The position numbers and the translations under genes are program-made. A model generated the notes under the pieces. That model ran no database searches. It was not told the origin of the DNA and saw nothing but the letters and a program-made list of their open reading frames with translations. Positions 52,319-64,000 of a stretch of 64,000 nucleotides of DNA are shown piece after piece. The stretch's first letter is position 1, and every line of letters begins with the position of its first letter. This stretch comes from Camelus dromedarius (lineage: Eukaryota), in the NCBI RefSeq assembly GCF_036321535.1, contig NC_087436.1, positions 39,248,001 to 39,312,000 of the forward strand. The letters run 5' to 3'.

Positions 52319-53659
52319 ACGTATGGAAAGAATATGAGGCAGGAGTAGGGAGAGAAGGGAGGACCAGGAGGTGGCGGGGTCCAGATCGTCGTCATCTCTC
52401 CGTAGCCCGCAGCCCGGCCCTTGACAACACGAGAGAGCTGCCTGGCACAGAGGGCACCCCTTTGCTGTGAAGCCCCTTCGTCTGACTGGCTTATTTGCTA
52501 ATTCTTACTAGTTGACTTTGTAGGATGTAATCCGGATCTGAGACACATATAATTCACAGGAATTCACAAATAGAAATAAAATGTAGAGCCAGAAGGAACC
52601 TCAGACTTTGTTTGCTTTGCTCTCTCACTTTACAGATGTGAGGGCACTAAGGCCCAGGGAGGCTAAGTAACTTGCCCAGGGCCACACAGCTGGTTAGTAG
52701 CAGAGCCAATAAGGAGAAGCACCTACTTTAAGAACATTACTCCTTTGCCTTTGGCTGCAGGGTCTAATTTAAGACTCATCTTGTCCCTTGGGTCCGTGCT
52801 CCTGCCCATCCTACAAGGCTGTGTTTAAGTACTGCGTCCTTTGTTGAGTCACCTCTGACCCATGTGGCAGACTCATTGCCTCCCTTGGGCCACTTCTTAA
52901 CCGATTTGCTCTTCTGTGAGCCTTGCCAGCCGTGTTGAATTATCTGTTTCATTATCATTCTCTCCTACCTCGAAGCTTCACTCTCTTCACCCTCTAGGCC
53001 CCTAGCATGGGGCTTAGCGTCATAAATGTTTGTTGAATGAATAATTTATTGAATGCTTTTTAGTCAGATTATCCCATAAGGTTCTTTATTAAGCATCTCA
53101 GAGTTTTAAATCTTAAATCACCGAGGCTGCTGAATTGTCTACTATAACCATTCCTTTCATGCCCCACTTTTGCATACCTGCTTATAAAAACAGATTCTCC
53201 ATTGCTTCTTTAAAACTTCATGTTTTGTGTGCGTTATGTTCTTGAAACAAGTTTGTTTAGTCACCTTCATGAGCTTATTCATATGCCTATTTAACTGTAA
53301 AAAAATACCTTTTTAAAGATAACAGATACTTAATTTCAATATATTGGCAGTGCTGACTAGTGAAAATTGATGAAAAATTAAAATACTCTTTAAAATATTC
53401 AAAAATTCTTATTTCCCAGTATGTGTAACATTGCATGAAGACAATAACGAGGTAGATTTTGTCTAAGTTATGTGAAATATACAATAATAGGGGTTCAAGC
53501 ATGTTTACATTTATTACCTAATATTTCTTTTTCTTCTATTCTTGCTGCCAAAACCCTTGTCATACCCTGTGTTTAGTATTCATGTGGATGCAGAGCAGTG
53601 GCCCGTCTACCTGTCTCTGATCTTTTTTTCCTTCTCCCAGAAGCCGTCCAGTACATTTT

Positions 53660-54020
53660 TAAAAATATATTTTTATTGAAGTATAGTCACTTTACAATGT
53701 TGTGTCAATTTCTGGTGTACAGCACAATACTTTAGTCATATAGGAACATACATATATTCATTTTCATATTCTTTTTAGCCATAAGTTGCACAAGATATTG
53801 AATATAGTTCCCTGTGCTATACAGTAGAAACTTGTTGTTTATCTATTTTATATATAGTAGTATCTGCAAATCTTGAACTCCCAGTTTATCCCTTCCCACC
53901 CCCTCCACCTCCTTGGCAACCATAAGTTTGTTTTCTATGTCTGTGAGTCTGTTTCTGTTTTGTAAATAAGTTTGTCTTTTTTTTAAGATTCAACATATAG
54001 GTGATATCATATGCTATTTC
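53660..54020 (-). mobile_element. Young 5'-truncated L1 3' end
   Basis: TTTTATTGAAGTATAGTC...AGTTCCCTGTGCTATACAGTAG...GTTTGTTTTCTATGTCTGTGAG. TSD GTCCAGTACATTTT/GTTCATTACATTTT at 53646-53659 and 54021-54034. Confidence 0.85.
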
Positions 54021-54169
54021 GTTCATTACATTTTGAATAGATTAATTTTCTTCAAGTATTTATTTGATCATACTGCTCTAAAAATATCACGTTATTGCCC
54101 ATGGGGAAAAAAGATTGGTCTTAACTCCTCATCCAGAATTCAAGGCCTTCATGACCCAGAGCAGCTTAC

Positions 54170-54400
54170 CTGGGATGTAGTAGAGAAGTCTGATAGGTTC
54201 TAATACCACTTTTGCCATTTACTAACCCTTTGACTTTGGTAAGTCACGTAACCTCCCAGTGTCTCAGTTTCCTCCTCTATAAAATGGGTCATGAGGGTAT
54301 CAATCTCATAGACGATTGTGAGACTAAAATGAATTTACATATAACAGTCTGAGAATGATGCCTAACCCATGGGTAATTACTGTTATTATTTTTGTTGTTA
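54170..54400 (+). mobile_element. MIR SINE
   Basis: GACTTTGGTAAGTCACGTAACCTCCCAGTGTCTCAGTTTCCTCCTCTATAAAATGGG. Confidence 0.8.
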
Positions 54401-54759
54401 GTACCATGTTTCTCCCTTTTCTCAGACCCTCTGCAGCAGAGCCCAGAAGGCTCTGGATTTAGCCTACAGTCATGTTAACTTGTCATACAGAATATTCTGT
54501 TTTGTTTCTATTTGAATTAGTTGCCATTATATAAAAATCAGAATGGTCTATGTAAAAATCCAGATTTCTAGGTGGTTCTAAAAAGTGTAAAATCTAGCAA
54601 TAATAGATTGAAGATGAAAGGAAACAGCTTTCTTAGGTCAACCTTCCCCTCATTCAGGGCCCCTTTGTGGTAAAACGTGGCCAGGGAAAGGCTCACAGTC
54701 ATGCTGCAAGGTCTGTATCAGTTCAGGACCATAGACTTCCCAGCACACTGTACTTCCCA

Positions 54760-56505
54760 AGTCCTTTCACTTTTCCAGTCTCTTTAATAACTGTTTCACA
54801 GTCCCTTCTGAAACCTGTAACCTCCCATCCTTTTTTTTAGCTGCTCTTACTTCTTCCTTTCTGAGAAAATTGCACAATCAGGAGAGAACTTCCACGGATT
54901 CTCGCCATCACATCGTCCCTGTTGAAACGTGTCCTGGGACCATAAACGTGCTCTAGCGGAAAGCCAGCCTCTCCGGCTGTGCGCTACGCGAGCATATTGC
55001 TACCATAAGTCTCCTGTCTTTCCTCTCATAGCATCAATATTTTTATTTTTACACAATTTATTCCCGTCTTTTAAAAAACTTTCTCCTGTTTTAAAAAATA
55101 AAAGTGTTTTCTTGATCCACTTCCTTTACCAGCTTTCCCGTCTACAACAAAACTTGAAGGGATTTTTGCCAATTCCCCTATTGCTTTTCTCTCTTAAACT
55201 CACTCTAGGGAAGCTTCCTACCCCACCCCACCTCCTCACTCGCCCCGCCCCAAGTTCCACCACAATTCTCTCTTCTGGGTCTCCGGCACCCTCCACATTG
55301 GTTACCCAGTGGGTCACGCTGACCTGGTAGCATCACTTGGCATAGATGATTGTGCCTTTTCCTTGATGAGCTTTCTTCACTTCACCTCCAGCACACCAGA
55401 CTCCCTCATTTTTTTCCTTCTCTGTCCTTTAGCTGATTTCTCCTTTTCCTTTGGCCTCTGTCCTTTTCCAGGGCTCTGTCCTCAGAATGATTCCCTGGGT
55501 GGTTTTAATCTAGTTTCATGGCCATCTATATGCTAAGAACTCCCAAACGTGCATCTCCAGCTCAGCTTTCAGCCCAGTGCCAAGACTCATCTATCTAATT
55601 GTTTACTCAGCATCACTTTTTGATTGCTCACTAGATTCCCCAAATGGCCATGTTCGAAGCCAGATTCCTGATCTCCACCCATGCACTCATTAAAACCTCT
55701 TCTCTTCCTGCAGCCTTTCTCTTTTCAGTTGCTGGCAGCTTCATGCTTCTGATTCCTCAGTCCAGAAACTTTGGAGTCATCCCTGACCCTGTCTTTCTCT
55801 TGTATCTCCCACATTCACACCTCATGCATCATGCCCATCGACAAGTAAGTCACTGTGCCTTCCAGAGATGTCTGGGGTCTGGCCACTTGGTCAGCACCTG
55901 CTCTGCTGTCAGGCTGGTCCCTGCCATCACCACTTCTCACCTGGTTACTACACAGCCTCCAAACTGGTTCTTCTCCCCATTACAGTCCATCCTCAAACCA
56001 TAGGTAGAGTCAGCCTGATCACAACACTTTTCTGCTCAAAGCTTGGCATGTGTCCTCATTTCACTCGGAGTAAAAGCCAGAGGGTTTAACATGGTCTCAG
56101 GCGTCTGCCTGATCTGGCCTCTGTTACTTCCCTGACTCCTCACCAGCTGCTGTTCCCCATTCCAGCCACACAGCCCTGGGTGTTCCTCAGCCAGGCCGGG
56201 CACACCCTGCCCCCAGGTGCCTGCTGGGCAGTCCCTTGCCACCTTGGAATCTTTGCTCAAATGTTGTCTTTTGAATAAGACCAACTCTGTAACTATTTAA
56301 AATTGCAGTCTGCCTCCCACTCTGGTACCCGTTAACCAGAGGCACTTTTTTGGTAGCATTTATCATCTTCTAAGGCCCTATATAATTTACTCATTTATTA
56401 GGCTGAATATTTATTGTTTGTGTCCCTCTGCAAAAACATAAGCTCTACAAGGAAGCACCCAGGACAGTGTCTGAAACTTAGTAGACACTCAATAAATATT
56501 TGATA
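54760..56505 (+). mobile_element. L2 remnant
   Basis: TTTGGAGTCATCCCTGAC, GAGTAAAAGCCAGAG, and terminal GTAGACACTCAATAAATATTTG. Confidence 0.75.
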
Positions 56506-57195
56506 ATTACGTTCTTTTGTCAAAATGTATTACAATTTCAAAATTTATTTTAGGTAAGTTATTCTAGTGATTTAAAAATACTCTCCATGCCATGGATATT
56601 ATTTTAATACTCACATATGCCATGAAAAAAATTTGTTCAGGAAATGTAATGTATTTTAAAAATAGATTAGGGTTTTTAAAAAATTATATTTCTGTATTCA
56701 TTTCTAAATTGAATTTCAAGTTTCAGAAAAAAAAAGACATGGTCAAGTGGGTTTGTATTAGACAAAGTGTACCTTGCTGATATGAGATGGTAAACGGATG
56801 CTCACCTTTCCCATAGCAGATGTGCTGATAGAAGAGGGTGAAGAAGAAATTGTATTCTTATGTTTTAGGCCTTTGCTTTATTTCTTCCACTGAATCTAAA
56901 CACCTTTTGAGTCGATGAGTGGCTATATCAATACCCTGCTTATGGAAAATAATAATAATAAACTTAAAATTCTACTTTTGCTGTAGAATTCAGAGTGTTT
57001 TATTTTACAAGAAACTATAGTGTCCCTGGAAAACAGACTGTAGAATTACACAATACTACTTTTTTTTTTTTAAGAAATCATAAAGTTTTACAAATAAGGC
57101 AATTCATTATCTAGAAGTACCTTTATAAATATTTAAATACTATAGGGCAGCTTTTCTTCTAAGCAGATCTTAAGCGTGCACTTTGAATGTTTCAG

Positions 57196-57323
57196 GCAAT
57201 GCTAGTCCTCGATACATCCGCTGCACAACATACTGTTTCCCGTGCACGTCAGATATGGCCAAGCAAGCTCAGCTCCCATTAGCTGCGGTCATCAAACCCT
57301 TTGCCACGATTCCTTCAAACGAG
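57196..57323 (+). CDS. SEC24D: SEC24D exon 8: (G)[42 protein letters not shown]
   Basis: Acceptor TTTCAG|G, donor GAG|GTAAGA; 128 nt; Sec24 core motif preceding the zinc finger. Confidence 0.96.
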
Positions 57324-58649
57324 GTAAGAGTGATAAAAATAGCAATTCAGTAATTTATCAGTTCCCAAGTTCTCCTTTCATCATTATTTTCCCGTGCATG
57401 ATTCAAAAAAATAAGAAAGCAAAAATCTGACAAACTATGTCCTTTGTCATCCTGTATTCCAAACACTGATGGACTGGGTCACTTTTTGGCCTACTGTAAC
57501 AAGCACACACACAGGAAATATGGGCTGCCACACAGTGACAAATACCAAGACCTCTCGTGAGGCCCTTATACCCTAGTTCAGGGCCCCAATATCTAGATGT
57601 TCTGGTAAAGGAAGATAATAGAGCCTTAAGGTCCTTGGTCTTACTGCAGCTGCTTTAGTAATCACTGGGCCAACATGCTCATAAACTCCTACTTAAAGTC
57701 AGCGTGATTAGAAAGCTAAGGTAAATAAATCTGTCTGTTTCAAATGGGAAAGATGTACCCAATTTACAGTTAAGTGGGGAAAAAGACAAGAAGTGGTGTA
57801 TGTTGAAAATTTCTGATACTATGATGCTGTCAGTAGACACTGTGATCAAGATGTCCACTCAGCGCAGTTGCCGTTCCTCCTTTTGACGTCCCTGAGTAGA
57901 GAGTACCCACATGCACACTGAGACAGACACAAGGTACTGTAGCAGAGCCCGTCGGATAGGAGGTGAAGAAAAGCCTTACTTCTGGCTGGAGCTTTGACTG
58001 TAGCCATCTTGCAGTGGTCCTGTAAGCTTGCTAAAAGCTAACATCTCAGATTCTCTTCCCCACTTAAACCTCAGCTTGGGTCCAGTGATCCTTTGAGGTC
58101 CCTGATCTAATGCGCATGAGCAAGAGGCAGAGCATCTGTAAGAGAGAAGAGATTTGTACCCTTCCTTGGGCTGGCCATGCCAGCTGGGATGGGGGGTAAA
58201 GTGGTGGAGGAAGGGGAGGGAGGCCTGCTTTATGTTCCCCCCGGGAGGGAAGAAAGAGCGGGGACGGGCGTGGTGTCCACGTGCAAAGTGGCTTTCATCT
58301 CCTTTGAGATGTACACTCACTCTTCTTATGAGTGTGGCAGAATCCTGTCCTCTCTTCTTTCGGGGAGTCCAGGAAACTGGTTAGAGCTGGGCAGAGAAGA
58401 CTGGGCTGTTCTTAGAAGCCAGTCTTACATGCAGTATGGTCTCATATTTGTAAACCAAGAAGTGCATTCAGTATTTACTTATTTTAGGCATGATGTTTTC
58501 TATGATGGTCCCAGAAATTTAATATAATGCTCATAAATTTCTCTTTAAAATCTCCATGCTTCGCAAAATAGACCAGTATGTAATGACAAAGAGATCCATA
58601 CTATATGTGATATACATGTGTTAAATAATAACTAGTTATTTTAACTGGC

Positions 58650-60300
58650 TATTTCTCAATACTTTATTATGAAAATTTTCAAACATACAGAAAAATCTGA
58701 AAGAATATTCCATATACCTGCTGCCTAGATTCTGCCATTAACATTTAACTATACTTGTTTTATCACACACTGATCCATCTGTCCATCAAGCCATCTTTTT
58801 TTTATGCATTTCAATGTAAATTGCAGATATCAGTACACTGTCATCTAAACAGTCCAGCAGGCATAGCATTAGCCAGAGTTCAATATTTGATTACAGATTC
58901 TTTTTCCTTTTGAGGTGAAAATCATTTATAATAAAATGCACATGTCATAATTAAACATTTTACTGAATGGTGGCAAGTGCATACACCTGTGTAATCCAAA
59001 CCTCTATCAAGATATGAACTGTGCTGTCACCCTAGAACCTAGACAGTTATCTTATGCCCTTACCCAGTCAGCCTCCCAGCCCTTCTCACAACCTTCCTCC
59101 TCCAACAACTATTGTTCTGACTTTTTTCCACCATGGATTTGTTTTGCCTGTTCTAGGTCTTCATATAAATAGGCTTGCAGAGTATGCATTCTTTCTCTCA
59201 CTCAGCATAAAGTTTTAGAGAGCCATCATGATGTGGAGTATATCAGTGGTTTGTTCCTTCTTTATTGCTGAAATGTATTTCATAGTATGGATATACCAGT
59301 TTGTTTATGGACACCTGGGCTTTTCTGCTTTTAGGCTTTTGTGAATAAAGCAGCTTCTATAAATAATTCTACTACAAGTCTTTCCAGGGACATGAATTGT
59401 CTCTTGGATTAATACCCATGAGCACATTGCTGGCTAATGAGGTACATGTTTATTTAGTTTTATAAGAAACTGCCAGACCATTTTCCAAAGTGTTTGTACA
59501 ATTTTACAGTCCTTTTAACATTGATCAGAGTTCCAGTTGCTCTCCATCCTCTCCAACCTTTGGTATTGTTGTCTTTTTAATTTTAGTAGTTCTGATGGCT
59601 GTGTCGTAGTATCCATGAGATATATTTTTTATTTCAATATTTATCCTTTGAGCAAAATTTAAAGTCCTAGTGAATTATATCACCCTCCTGTACATACCAC
59701 CATCATTAACAAAAGTTAATATTTTGTCATATTTGCTTAAGATCATTTTCTGAGATTTAAAACTTCATAGCCACATAGGATGTGTCCTCGAATCAAGCCA
59801 TTCTTCTCTTTCCTCCCATTTCAGGCACAAACACGAATGAATTTGATATGTACTCTTCCCATATGTGATTTTACATATTGACTTCATATGCATGTATCCA
59901 TAACAACATGTAGTAGTTTTTTTTTTTTTTGCTTTTTAATGGGTCAGTTACTTCTAAATAAGTAAAACACCAACATGCAAAAGATGGAAAGGGTATACAA
60001 TGAAAAAAGATCCCTTCCTACCCCACAGACCACAAAGGTCCTCTTCCTCCCCTTTACAGACAATCTACCCATTCTTTGTGATTCCTTCTAGAAAGGAAAT
60101 ATGCATATAACAGCATATGAGCATCCATCCTTTAAAACAAACAGATAAGTGGCAGTGTAGCATGCACACTCTTCCCCACACTTTACTTTTTCCAGTTAAT
60201 ATGTCTGGCATTCCACCCATGTTGCTACCTATAGAGATGCCCCACTCTTTGTAACAGCTGTGTAACATGATATATTAATAAGACAAACACTGCTGTAACT
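58650..60300 (-). mobile_element. Old L1M(B/E) 3' fragments
   Basis: TTATTATGAAAATTTTCAAACATACAGAAAA, ACTGCCAGACCATTTTCCAAAGTG, GAGTTCCAGTTGCTCTCCATCCTC. Confidence 0.7.
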
Positions 60301-61214
60301 GTATGTGTCCATTTGAAGTTGCATACAGATTTCAGAAATGTGAGAAGTTAAAAATATGAATCCTAAAGTTGAGGGAAATATATTAACATAAAGGTACCTG
60401 GAAGAATGACTCCCCCCAGGGGATGGGATCGCTGCAGATGTGCCCTCCCCACCCGGCTCGTTCCCATGCTGTCTGAGTTGTTCTCTAGTGACTTGTTATT
60501 TTCAGTCTGGAAAAGATGACAGTTCTACCTTGAAAGAAGTCTAGGCAGCAACAGAATTTTGTCTCAATATGGGATGTAGGCAGGGTTAGCTCCAGTGTGC
60601 CTTGTTCGTGGCAATGAATTTGCAGTTTTCAGCTGCATACCAGCAAAAGGCTCTGCTCCCTGCCCCCTCCCCATGAGACAGCTGCCCTGGGTCAGGCCTG
60701 CATGGAATGGCACTAAACTCAACGGTTCTTCAGACCCCAGACCAGAGTGTGTGACCACCTTCTTGTTATCACCATTTAATAGTAACCATGAAATTATCTT
60801 TCAGTAATGCGTTCCTGAAAATGAAACCTGGTATTTCGGGGGCTTTTGGTGGAAAAAAGGTTTCAGATGTTAGTCCAGGCCTCCCCTCAAATGTCTATAC
60901 ACATTTCATGCACACACTGAAGGTGTATGCTTTCTAATTGTCTAAGTTGTTTGATCGAACCAAATACTAGCTCCTCAGCAGCATAAGGGCTTCCTTTAGT
61001 GAAACTTTTCAAAGTAATAAACAGATGAGTTTAGAGTGATGGCTTATTTTTGGAATCTGACCTAGGGGGAAGCTGTGCTTGAGAAAATAACACACTCTAG
61101 TCTTTTAATGTTGCTAAGATTCTACCTACTGGCCACATACGTATTTTCTCTATTCCGGATCTCTACAGAAGCCCTTCCTTTTTTCTTAGACCTTCAAAAA
61201 CAGGATTACTCAAT

Positions 61215-61216
<2 letters not shown>

Positions 61217-61244
<28 letters not shown>
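61217..61244. repeat. (TG)n microsatellite
   Basis: About 14 TG units. Confidence 0.95.
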
Positions 61245-61248
<4 letters not shown>

Positions 61249-61829
61249 CAGGGAGGTATAATTGATGAATAAAATTATAAGAATATTTAATGAAAATGTT
61301 GTATTTTGGAAGGATTACTATCTCTTATGGTGTCTCCTGGGTTAATGAAGACATTCTCTATTTAAAAAAAAATACTTCTATTTGTTGAAATAGACTTAGA
61401 GGTGAAAAAAAATTTTTAATGGGATGCTAAAACACCAGGAAGAAAATTCCTAAAGACTGTGCCGTCAAAGACATTTTCTTCGTCTTTGGGCATCTAACTG
61501 GACCTGAATGTGGAGGGTCACGAGCACTAGGGAGCCCTCCTTGCTGCACGGTGCCAGCTGGCCGGGTGAGAGTCTAGGTCACCAAGGACTTGGGCCTTCT
61601 TGACTGCCTCCCGTCCGTGGCTTCCATGACACCTGCTGGGTGTATTTTTCCTACCTCACAGGCAGGGAGCATTTTGGTTCCCTTTGTTGTCTTCCTGACT
61701 TCTAGTCTTGGGGTTCTTCAAGGCTTGGACTTGGGGTCTCCTCTCTGTCTTCAGACTCTCTGTCCCCTCAAAGACTGCATATCATCTGTAACAGCTACTA
61801 GAGTTACTGGGGAGAATATTAATAGTCAA

Positions 61830-62060
61830 AACTTAGCACTCAGTGAGCACAATTAGACGTTCCTTTATGTGTGTTCATTTATTTAATCCTCACGTCCACC
61901 TGTTTATTATTCAATTTTAGATATAAGGAAATTGAAGCACAGAGTTAGAGAACTCATTAAGGCCAGTGGCTACTAAGTGACAGACTTAGGATTCCAAGCC
62001 ATGCAGTTGGATACCCAGGTCCATGACTCTAAGTCACTGTGCTGTTGCTCATTCATTTCA
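61830..62060 (-). mobile_element. MIR SINE
   Basis: ATTTAATCCTCAC...TTTTAGATATAAGGAAATTGAAGCACAGAG...GGATTCCAAGCC. Confidence 0.7.
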
Positions 62061-64000
62061 TGCTACATCTGCAGCCCCATACTCGCTGATCCACGTGCCT
62101 TTCTGAAATGTCTCCTTGGGTATCCTCACAGAAACCTCAGACTTAACATGTTCAAAAGTGGATTTTCGATGTCTACTCCCTAAACCTGTTCATTCTTTCA
62201 TGTATCCATAAATGGCATTTTAATGCTCAAGCCAGAAGCCCAAAACTAAACAATTATAGCTAATAATAGAAAATAAGGGACGTGCTAATTTTTTGATATT
62301 TACAACCTGTAAACAAGGAAGTAAGTTTTAAAATGTTTCTTGAAGGTAAATGATTACATGAATACTGTTACTCTCGCTGTGAATGGCATTTTAATTTATT
62401 TTCCTCTGTAATAAATTACTTACTTATTTTTAGGTATAGTAAAATTTTAGGATTTTTTTCCTTATCTGAATAATACTGCCACGATTACTGCAATTAAGAA
62501 AAAAAAACCTTCAAAATATCCTGATTTGACCTCTATCAGGAGAATTTATTTAGTACAGTTGTTTTTTTTTTTTTTAAAGTCAGTTCTGTTGTTTGACAAA
62601 ACCTTTAAAGCATGTCATTGTGTTAGCAACGGACTATAAAAATAAACCTAACCCAAGCAGAATGTTCCCTGTGAGCATTTGCTTTGGAGATGTATGCTAT
62701 TTCCAAGGGCATATCTATGTCATCTGTGTTTAATATTTCATATTCTGTTCATAAATTTTAACTTTTTTGGTATGAATTTTAAGTGAAACTCATTTCCATA
62801 TTTAATATAATTTAACTATGAGGTATTTATTCAACAAAAGTAATCAGTTATCTTGGAAACTCTTTTGCTTAGTAACCTGTGGTTTTATTTTTGATGCTGT
62901 ATTTTTAAGAACTGAGGTGAGGTAGAAATGGCATAGATTTCCAGTGCAGGCTCTGAAGTTTATCACTAATTTTGCATTTCTTTAACATAGGAAATCTTTA
63001 CATTTTGGACAAGTGCATACATCATCTAATTATATATGAAATGAAGTAATTTCACCTATAAACCAGATGGCAGAAGCTTTTACTCCATCTGTGAATAGAT
63101 TCAGGAATATCTGTGTGTATTTTTTTTAGATTATAAACGGATATCATAGTCAAACTAATTTCCTTTCTTATTGAATTAATTTAATCAGATAAACTTTTAT
63201 CCAAGACTTTAAACTTCACTTGATTTATAATCCCCTACTTACTCTGTAGGAACTGAGCTGGACTTTAGAGACATGGAGAAAAACAAGACCAGTTATTCTT
63301 GTCTAGAACTTACAGAAAATCTGCTAGTACACAGCTAGTTTTTGAACAAGGTGGAAAAGGCTCTGATGGGAATAACCTCGTTCTTTGGAATTTTGGTTCA
63401 GGGAAATTTTACCTTAGTTATGACTTAATGAATAAAGACGTTTGACGTTTTTGCTGTTATTAAATACTGCTTGTTTTTTCTTCATGATCGTTCATATTCT
63501 GATAGATGCGGTAGATAGGAAGAAGATGCCATTGGAAAGAAAGAGGAAGGGATGTCAGTGAGCTGACAAATGGAGTTAACAAAATAGGAAAAGACTGTCA
63601 GAGACTAAATCTGACACCGACACATGACCTCCACATCCCTCACCTGCAGAAGGGATTGCTTGGTCATGCATTCGACTTAGCCACTCTTGCTGGCATGAGT
63701 TGGCAGAGTTTTGGCAGAGTTTCCACTGTTGCTTAATGCACCAAAGGAATAAAAATTCTGCCCCACTGTAGTATTTTGTCTGTGTGCCAGCTTTTCTTAG
63801 GAAGAATAGCAGCTTATGAAGCAGGTGTGTATCTGAGTTTATAGATGTAGAAGTTCTACACGTTCTGGGGCTATTAAAGTCATACAGCTAATGAGAATGC
63901 TGCTGGAACTCGAGATGCCAAATATCAAGTTCTTTCAGCAACATCTGGCTGTAAAGGAGCTTGTTGAGGTTTTATTTGGTTAAACACATAGGATAGCATT

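Overview
Mammalian (eutherian) genomic DNA, probably from a camelid: the tRNA-derived SINE and the young L1 3' ends resemble Vicugna/Camelus repeats, which is an inference. The window holds the 5' part of SEC24D, a COPII cargo-adaptor subunit, on the + strand. It includes a CpG-island promoter near 20.9-21.3 kb, non-coding exon 1, and coding exons 2-8 (1041 nt, 347 codons). These splice into one open frame with canonical GT-AG introns and run from the Pro/Gly/Gln-rich N-terminus into the conserved '[11 protein letters not shown]...[13 protein letters not shown]...VIKPFA' region. The gene continues past the window end. The rest is about 21 kb of upstream intergenic DNA plus introns dense in L1, L2, MIR, MaLR/ERV LTRs and hAT MITEs. 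Nearly all ORFs in the supplied track are spurious or L1 remnants. I found no convincing novel biological system. The most notable local signals are a 4-codon uORF whose stop overlaps the SEC24D start (TAATG), repeated UPRE elements, a perfect 37-bp palindrome just after exon 3, a changed conserved motif in exon 6, a twin-primed inverted L1, and a local ~150-bp templated duplication. Repeat subfamily names come from recalled consensus sequences and repeat boundaries are approximate.
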